A stretch of 64,000 nt of DNA, taken from positions 992,001 to 1,056,000 of the forward strand of contig CAVSTP010000004.1 in the NCBI GenBank assembly GCA_963730935.1, given 5' to 3'. The translations under genes were made by a program, and so were the position numbers. This DNA comes from an uncultured Nitrospiraceae bacterium (lineage in GTDB: Bacteria; Nitrospirota; Nitrospiria; Nitrospirales; Nitrospiraceae). A model generated the notes under the pieces. It had not been told where the DNA came from, ran no database searches, and was given only the letters and a program-made list of their open reading frames with translations. This document shows, piece after piece, positions 58,806-64,000 of this stretch (position 1 is its first letter; the number at the start of each line of letters is the position of its first letter).

Positions 58806-60740
58806 ATGAAGGGCCCATTAGTTCGGTTTTTCAACAACCTGCCCATTGCGCGGAAGTTACTGCTCACCGCGCTCATTCCCTTGGCGGCCTTTATAGTGCT
58901 CGGCATTGAGACCTACCGCAGCCTCGAAACCCTCACAGAGCACGAAGAGCAACTGGATCGGGTGTATGTCGCTCAGCGGGCGGCCGCCGAGTATATGCGG
59001 TTGGTCGTGGATTACGAAACCGGATTCCGCGGATATGTCATGACCCGTCAAGATGATTATCTGATTCCTTCGCGAAACGCCCATCAACATCTTCCCTCGG
59101 TCGAGCAGATCCTCTTGGGCCTCATTCGCCCTCATCGTCCGCAGTACGAGACCATTCAAACCGTACAGCATCTGGTGAAGCGACTGATGGACGAGAAAGA
59201 AGCCCTTATTCGATCAGTGAAAAAAGGACAGACATCCGAAGCACTACAGTATCTTGAACAGGGCCGCGGAAGAGACCTCATGCAAAAAGTCCGCGATCAT
59301 ATGGCACGTTTCGACCGGCTGGAGCAGGAGGCGCTCAACGAGGCGCTTGCCAACATGGCACGTTCGCGCACATCGATGGTCACCAGAGTTCTGTGGGGCA
59401 TGGCGATCGTGTTCGTCCTCATGGTACTGGCCTTACAACTCATTGCCCGCTCGATCACCGGCCCGTTGATCGGTCTGGCCAAGTCCGTTCGTTCCTCAGA
59501 CGGCCTCGTCCCAGCGGATGTACCGGTCCTGTCGCGACAGGACGAACTGGGAGAACTTACGCGAGTGATGGGCGCGATGAGCCAGCAGGTGCGGGAACAT
59601 CTCGCGAGCGTGCAGGCGAACCAGGCGGAGCTGTGTGCATTGAACGAGGACCTCGCGGCCTCGGAGGAAAAATATCGCAGTATCGTCGACCATGCACCCT
59701 TTGGAATTTTTTCCACCTCGGGCATGACCGTGACGTTCAGCAATCGCTATAACCGGCTCCTTGCCGGTTTGAATCCCGACGACAGCAGCGAGCCGGATGC
59801 GTTCCGGCAGTGGATCCATCCGGATGACCGGGACCGAGTCCTAAAGGAATATGCGCAAGCCATCGCCGAGGACCGCCCCTATGAGACGGTGCTTCGGTTT
59901 GTTCATGGCGACGGATCGGTCCGGAAAGTGCTGAGCCGTCGTATTCCCATCCGGAACAAAGAGGGCCAGACCACGATGTACCAAGGCTTCAATATCGACA
60001 TTACCGCGCTCGACGCCATGCAACAGCAGCTGAGCCGGGCCGAGCGCTTGGCGACCTTAGGGCAAGTTGCCGCCGGCATCGCCCACGAAATTCGCAATCC
60101 CCTCGTCGGTATTGGATCCACCGCTGCGCTTCTTCGAGACGAGATCGACGCTTTGGATGAAAAGCGTGCAGACCTCGACATCATTTTGAACGAGACCCGC
60201 CGGCTGGACCGCATCGTCAATCAGATCATCGACTATGCACGTCCTCGCGATCTGGTCCCGACCACGTGGCCGGTGGACGGGATCGTCGACGAAGTATTGA
60301 AGTTGTTGGACACACGGCTGGAAAATCAGCGGATCACAATCGTTCGACCTTGCAAGCCGGGCCTGGTTGTTCATGCGGATCGTGACCAGATCAAGCAGGT
60401 TCTGCTGAACTTGTGTCACAACTCCCTGGATGCCATGGCATCCGGAGGCGAACTGGGGATCAGCGCTGGACACTCGATCCACACCGCAAACAGTGGTGTC
60501 TTCATCGAAGTGTCCGACACCGGCTCCGGCATTGCGAAGAAGGACCTGGCCCAGGTCTTTCAACCGTTCTTTACGACCGGAAAGAAACATGGAACCGGAT
60601 TGGGATTGGCCATTTGCCGCAATATCGCCGAAGCGCATGGAGGCGACATTACAATAACCAGCGAACCGGGCCGAGGCACCAAAGCCCGGCTCTGGTTGCC
60701 GCTCCGACCGACACCGGAGCTGGCAGAAATGACGACATGA
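58806..60740 (+). CDS. sensor histidine kinase (CHASE3-HAMP-PAS-HisKA-HATPase)
   Basis: DYETGFRGY CHASE3, RQDELGEL HAMP, IHPDDR PAS, AHEIRNPL, GTGLGL. Confidence 0.92.
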   Translation: MKGPLVRFFNNLPIARKLLLTALIPLAAFIVLGIETYRSLETLTEHEEQLDRVYVAQRAAAEYMRLVVDYETGFRGYVMTRQDDYLIPSRNAHQHLPSVEQILLGLIRPHRPQYETIQTVQHLVKRLMDEKEALIRSVKKGQTSEALQYLEQGRGRDLMQKVRDHMARFDRLEQEALNEALANMARSRTSMVTRVLWGMAIVFVLMVLALQLIARSITGPLIGLAKSVRSSDGLVPADVPVLSRQDELGELTRVMGAMSQQVREHLASVQANQAELCALNEDLAASEEKYRSIVDHAPFGIFSTSGMTVTFSNRYNRLLAGLNPDDSSEPDAFRQWIHPDDRDRVLKEYAQAIAEDRPYETVLRFVHGDGSVRKVLSRRIPIRNKEGQTTMYQGFNIDITALDAMQQQLSRAERLATLGQVAAGIAHEIRNPLVGIGSTAALLRDEIDALDEKRADLDIILNETRRLDRIVNQIIDYARPRDLVPTTWPVDGIVDEVLKLLDTRLENQRITIVRPCKPGLVVHADRDQIKQVLLNLCHNSLDAMASGGELGISAGHSIHTANSGVFIEVSDTGSGIAKKDLAQVFQPFFTTGKKHGTGLGLAICRNIAEAHGGDITITSEPGRGTKARLWLPLRPTPELAEMTT

Positions 60741-62128
60741 ACGCCACGATCTTCGTGACCGACGATGAGCCGGCCATTCGGTCCGCCCTCGTGAAACGCC
60801 TCTCCCGCCGACACCATCGAGTGGTCGCCTTCGAATCTGGTGAAGCTCTGTTGCAGGCATTGGACCATGAGGTGCCGGATTTAATGCTCCTCGATGTGAA
60901 AATGCCGGGGCTCTCGGGCCTCGAAGCCTTGAAGGCCTGCCGCGTCAAGGCGCCGTTCGCCCTCGTGATCATGCTTACGGCTTACGGAACAGTGCAGGAC
61001 GCCGTCGAGGCGATGAAGCTCGGCGCCTACGACTTCGTGATCAAGACCGTAGATCTCGACGGGATGGAGCAAGTGCTGGATCGAGCCCTGGAATTGCTGG
61101 CGCTCCGGCGACGAATGACGTTTCAGACCGAGCAGGAAATGGACGAGTATGGGATCGATCATCTGATCGCCGACAGTCCGGTGATGAAGAGCCTGTTGGC
61201 CCAGATCCGCGAAGTGGCCCTCAATCCAAAAAGCTCCGTCCTCATGCTGGGAGAAACCGGCACAGGCAAGGAATTCGTCGCCCGCGTGTTGCACCATAAC
61301 GGCAGCCGGGCGTCCAGTCCCTTCATCGGCGTGAATTGCACGGCCATCCCGCGCGATCTTTTCGAGAGTGAGCTCTTCGGCTACGAGCGGGGCGCCTTCA
61401 CCGGCGCGCACCAGCGGAAACTCGGCTTGCTCGACCGGGCCGAAGGCGGGACGTTGTTCCTGGACGAAATCGGCGATCTGGATTTGAGCATGCAAGCGAA
61501 GCTCTTACGGGTCATCCAGGAACGGACGTTCCGGCGCCTCGGCGGGACCACCGACATCGCCGCAGATTTCCGTTTGATTGCCGCGACGAACCGCGATCTC
61601 AAAAAGGACATCGCCTCGGGCGCCTTTCGGGAAGACCTCTTCTTCCGGTTGAACGTCGTCGCACTGGAGCTGCCGCCGCTGAGACAGCGAAGCGAGGACA
61701 TTTTCCCCCTGAGCATGCAGGCGTTGCTGCATTACGGGAAGGAGTTCGGCAAGGACCTGACCGAGATCGACGCCGAGGCCCGCGGGTTATTAGAGCGCTA
61801 TCACTTCCCCGGTAACATTCGCGAGTTGCAGAACATTATCGAGCGCGCGACGATTTTTTGCTCGGGACGGACGCTCACCGCCAGCTCGCTGCCGCGTGAG
61901 TTGCGGGATCAGGTCAAGCAAACGGCCATGTCCGTGACACATGGAGACGGTCAAGTGATCCGAGTCGAGATGCAGGTGGGCAAGCACACACTCGGCGAAA
62001 TCGAAGACAGTATCATCGAAGAGACCCTGCGGCTCGCCGATTACAATAAGAGCCTCGCAGCCAAGCAGCTCGGCTTGACCAGGTTTGCACTGGATCGCCG
62101 CTTAAAAAAGATCAAAAAGGACGACTAG
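60737..62128 (+). CDS. sigma54-dependent response regulator (NtrC family)
   Basis: receiver, GETGTGKE, ESELFG.ERGAFTGA, FPGNIREL, Fis HTH. Confidence 0.95.
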   Translation: MNATIFVTDDEPAIRSALVKRLSRRHHRVVAFESGEALLQALDHEVPDLMLLDVKMPGLSGLEALKACRVKAPFALVIMLTAYGTVQDAVEAMKLGAYDFVIKTVDLDGMEQVLDRALELLALRRRMTFQTEQEMDEYGIDHLIADSPVMKSLLAQIREVALNPKSSVLMLGETGTGKEFVARVLHHNGSRASSPFIGVNCTAIPRDLFESELFGYERGAFTGAHQRKLGLLDRAEGGTLFLDEIGDLDLSMQAKLLRVIQERTFRRLGGTTDIAADFRLIAATNRDLKKDIASGAFREDLFFRLNVVALELPPLRQRSEDIFPLSMQALLHYGKEFGKDLTEIDAEARGLLERYHFPGNIRELQNIIERATIFCSGRTLTASSLPRELRDQVKQTAMSVTHGDGQVIRVEMQVGKHTLGEIEDSIIEETLRLADYNKSLAAKQLGLTRFALDRRLKKIKKDD

Positions 62129-62137
62129 CCTGGCGCC

Positions 62138-62432
62138 GGTTGTTCAAAACGTCAGCAATTACACCCACCCACCCCGACGCGCCGAGACACGTCGGTCCGC
62201 GACCGGCCGCAGCAAGTGAAAAGGCGAGGCAGAACCTCTCACCCCACCAGCCCCGAGTTGCCAGAGCAGCTCTTTCCCGACGCCGGTATGTTGAGCCTTT
62301 GAGCGCGCGCGAAAACAACGCTCGGTGAAGGGCGCTTCCAGGGAAATCGATTGCAAAGCAATCGGTGGGTCGGGCGGGTAAAAAAACTCCCGCCGGGGTG
62401 GGTGGGTGAGAAAAAAGGCGTTTTCAACAGCC
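62138..62432. mobile_element. MITE-like non-autonomous inverted-repeat element
   Basis: termini GGTTGTTCAAAACGTC / GGCGTTTTCAACAGCC (13/16 inverted match) and perfect inner 15-bp IR 62162-62176/62394-62408. Confidence 0.65.
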
Positions 62433-62434
62433 TG

Positions 62435-62752
62435 CTACGGGTTGGGGGCGACGAAGACCAACACTTTCAGCCGCTGTCCGCTGTCGTTCTTGACGCCGTG
62501 CTCTTCGCCGGCCGGAGCCATTGTCCCCTGTCCGGGTCCCAGGATCTGCTTCTCCGCCCCCACTTGAAATGTGCCCTGCCCCTCAAGGACCAGATAGACT
62601 TTGTCCTGTTCGCCGTGGATATGTCCCTTCTGTTCCTGACCGGGCTCAAAGCAATAGACATCGCAGAAAAAACGAGGAGTTTGAAAGATATTGTTTTTCT
62701 TCATTTTCTCTACGCTAAACGTTTGATAATCTGCCAACTTTACCACCTTCAT
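62435..62752 (-). CDS. cupin domain protein
   Basis: GHIHGEQDK.Y.VLEG.G...PAGEEHGV.N. Confidence 0.9.
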   Translation of the reverse strand: MKVVKLADYQTFSVEKMKKNNIFQTPRFFCDVYCFEPGQEQKGHIHGEQDKVYLVLEGQGTFQVGAEKQILGPGQGTMAPAGEEHGVKNDSGQRLKVLVFVAPNP

Positions 62753-62863
62753 GTCTGCTCCATTTCTCCTGTCGTGTCGTCAAGTATGATGTCCTATTCC
62801 CCTTGCCTTTGACCAGTCGGACGGTTTTCAGCTACCCTCAGATCCGGCCGTAGCTGAGGCATC

Positions 62864-64000
62864 ATGAATCGAGCCGAGCGACGCCGTCAAGCAGCCGAAC
62901 GAGGAATACCACACCAGCGCGGGACGGCGACGGTCGAAGCCTGGCTCGAGCAGGGACGCCTTCATCAACAGGCCAATCGCCTGACAGAGGCAGAAGCAGC
63001 CTACCGGCAGGCGCTCGAGCTCTCCCCCCAGCATGCAGAAACCCTGCATCTCCTCGGCCTGGTGACGTACCGCCAGCAACGCCTCCCCGAGGCCTTGGAA
63101 TATCTTCACGCTGCCGTCGACCGTCAGGCTTCCTCCCCCGTCTACTGGTTCAATCTCGGCGTCGTCTCGCAGAAAGCCGGCCGCTCGCCGGGAGCAGTGA
63201 CCGCCTATCGAAAAGCCATCGCGCTAAATCCGCGCTACTCCGAAGCCTACGGAAATCTCGGGAACGTGCTCCGCGATAGGGGTGACTTGTCAGAAGCCGT
63301 GGATGCCTATCGGCAGGCCTTGGCGCTCAATCCGGCCCAGGCGGACACACACAATAATCTCGGCGTCGCCAGAAAGGAGCAGGGTCATCCGCAAGACGCC
63401 ATCGCTTGCTACCGGAAAGCTCTCGAACTGAAGCCCACGCACGCGGAAGCCTATAACAATCTCGGTCTCGCGCTGATGGAGATCGGCACGCTGCATGACG
63501 CCATCGCCGCCTTCCAGCAGGCGCTGTCCCTCGCGCCGGGCTACCAGACGGCCCGATACAACCTGGGCATGGCCTGGTCGTGGGCCGGGGATGACGCCAA
63601 GGCCTGTCAGTGCCTTAACCAGGTCGCACGTGCCAGACACGATCACGGAATGCCCGTCGCCGAACCCGCCGTCTACCGGTCGCGCGTGAAGCATGATGCC
63701 GAACAAGTCCAATTGTTGTTCGACCGGCAGAAATTGGACGAGACACAGCGGCCCTACCTGGATGCGCTCCGACGTCTGCATGAGCGTCTGGACCACGACG
63801 CGTCTCCGGGAAACCGCCGTCCGATTGATCCGCAAACGCTCACCGACATGGCGCCCTCCTTCAACCGCATCCTCTTGCTCGAGCCTCCCGCAAGGCTCGA
63901 GCAAGGCGCCATCAATCCGTCGCTCGATGCCGAAGCCGTCGAGCGCCAGTACCACGCCAAACGTCCCGAGGTGACCTATATTGACGGTCTGTTAAACGAC
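62864..64000 (+). CDS. TPR-repeat protein, runs off the window end
   Basis: MNRAERRRQ start; repeated AYRQAL..P..AEA..NLG units; no stop in window. Confidence 0.85.
   Translation, partial: MNRAERRRQAAERGIPHQRGTATVEAWLEQGRLHQQANRLTEAEAAYRQALELSPQHAETLHLLGLVTYRQQRLPEALEYLHAAVDRQASSPVYWFNLGVVSQKAGRSPGAVTAYRKAIALNPRYSEAYGNLGNVLRDRGDLSEAVDAYRQALALNPAQADTHNNLGVARKEQGHPQDAIACYRKALELKPTHAEAYNNLGLALMEIGTLHDAIAAFQQALSLAPGYQTARYNLGMAWSWAGDDAKACQCLNQVARARHDHGMPVAEPAVYRSRVKHDAEQVQLLFDRQKLDETQRPYLDALRRLHERLDHDASPGNRRPIDPQTLTDMAPSFNRILLLEPPARLEQGAINPSLDAEAVERQYHAKRPEVTYIDGLLND

Noticed and set aside
17163..63955. many long antisense or alternate-frame ORFs (e.g. 17163-18074, 30218-31165, 39330-40553, 56861-58123, 63290-63955)
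   Set aside because: They overlap well-supported genes, lack motifs, and are expected in high-GC3 coding DNA.
1..64000. CRISPR array, rRNA, intact integrase or transposase
   Set aside because: No regularly spaced repeats, rRNA-like stretches or recombinase/transposase motifs were seen.

Overview
Bacterial chromosome segment, most likely from a Nitrospira (inferred from the gene set, the NirK type and an intergenic repeat style; not verified by search). Positions ~1-13,900 form a visibly more AT-rich accessory zone made of decayed integrative-element pieces. It holds orphan tRNA 3' halves (Thr-CGT, Phe-like), repeated integrase-arm-like motifs and an inverted pair of att-like ends around DUF1284+hflX. 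It also has two copies of a structured ~185-nt leader plus 78-aa gene, a shared two-hairpin 5' element upstream of two orphan response regulators, pseudogenes (HlyD, epimerase) and an Ig-repeat lipoprotein. No integrase is visible in the window. The rest is mostly core genome: RNA methyltransferases, a TPP decarboxylase, proC, a PIN toxin pair, an LPP20/LpoB lipoprotein operon, acs, rib genes, ppdK, glyQS, Rrf2, transketolase and Crp/Fnr-nirK. It ends with an orphan modA, a tripartite RND efflux system whose permease is split in two, a sigma-54 two-component system, a cupin and a truncated TPR gene. All calls come from reading the sequence by eye; no database searches were run.
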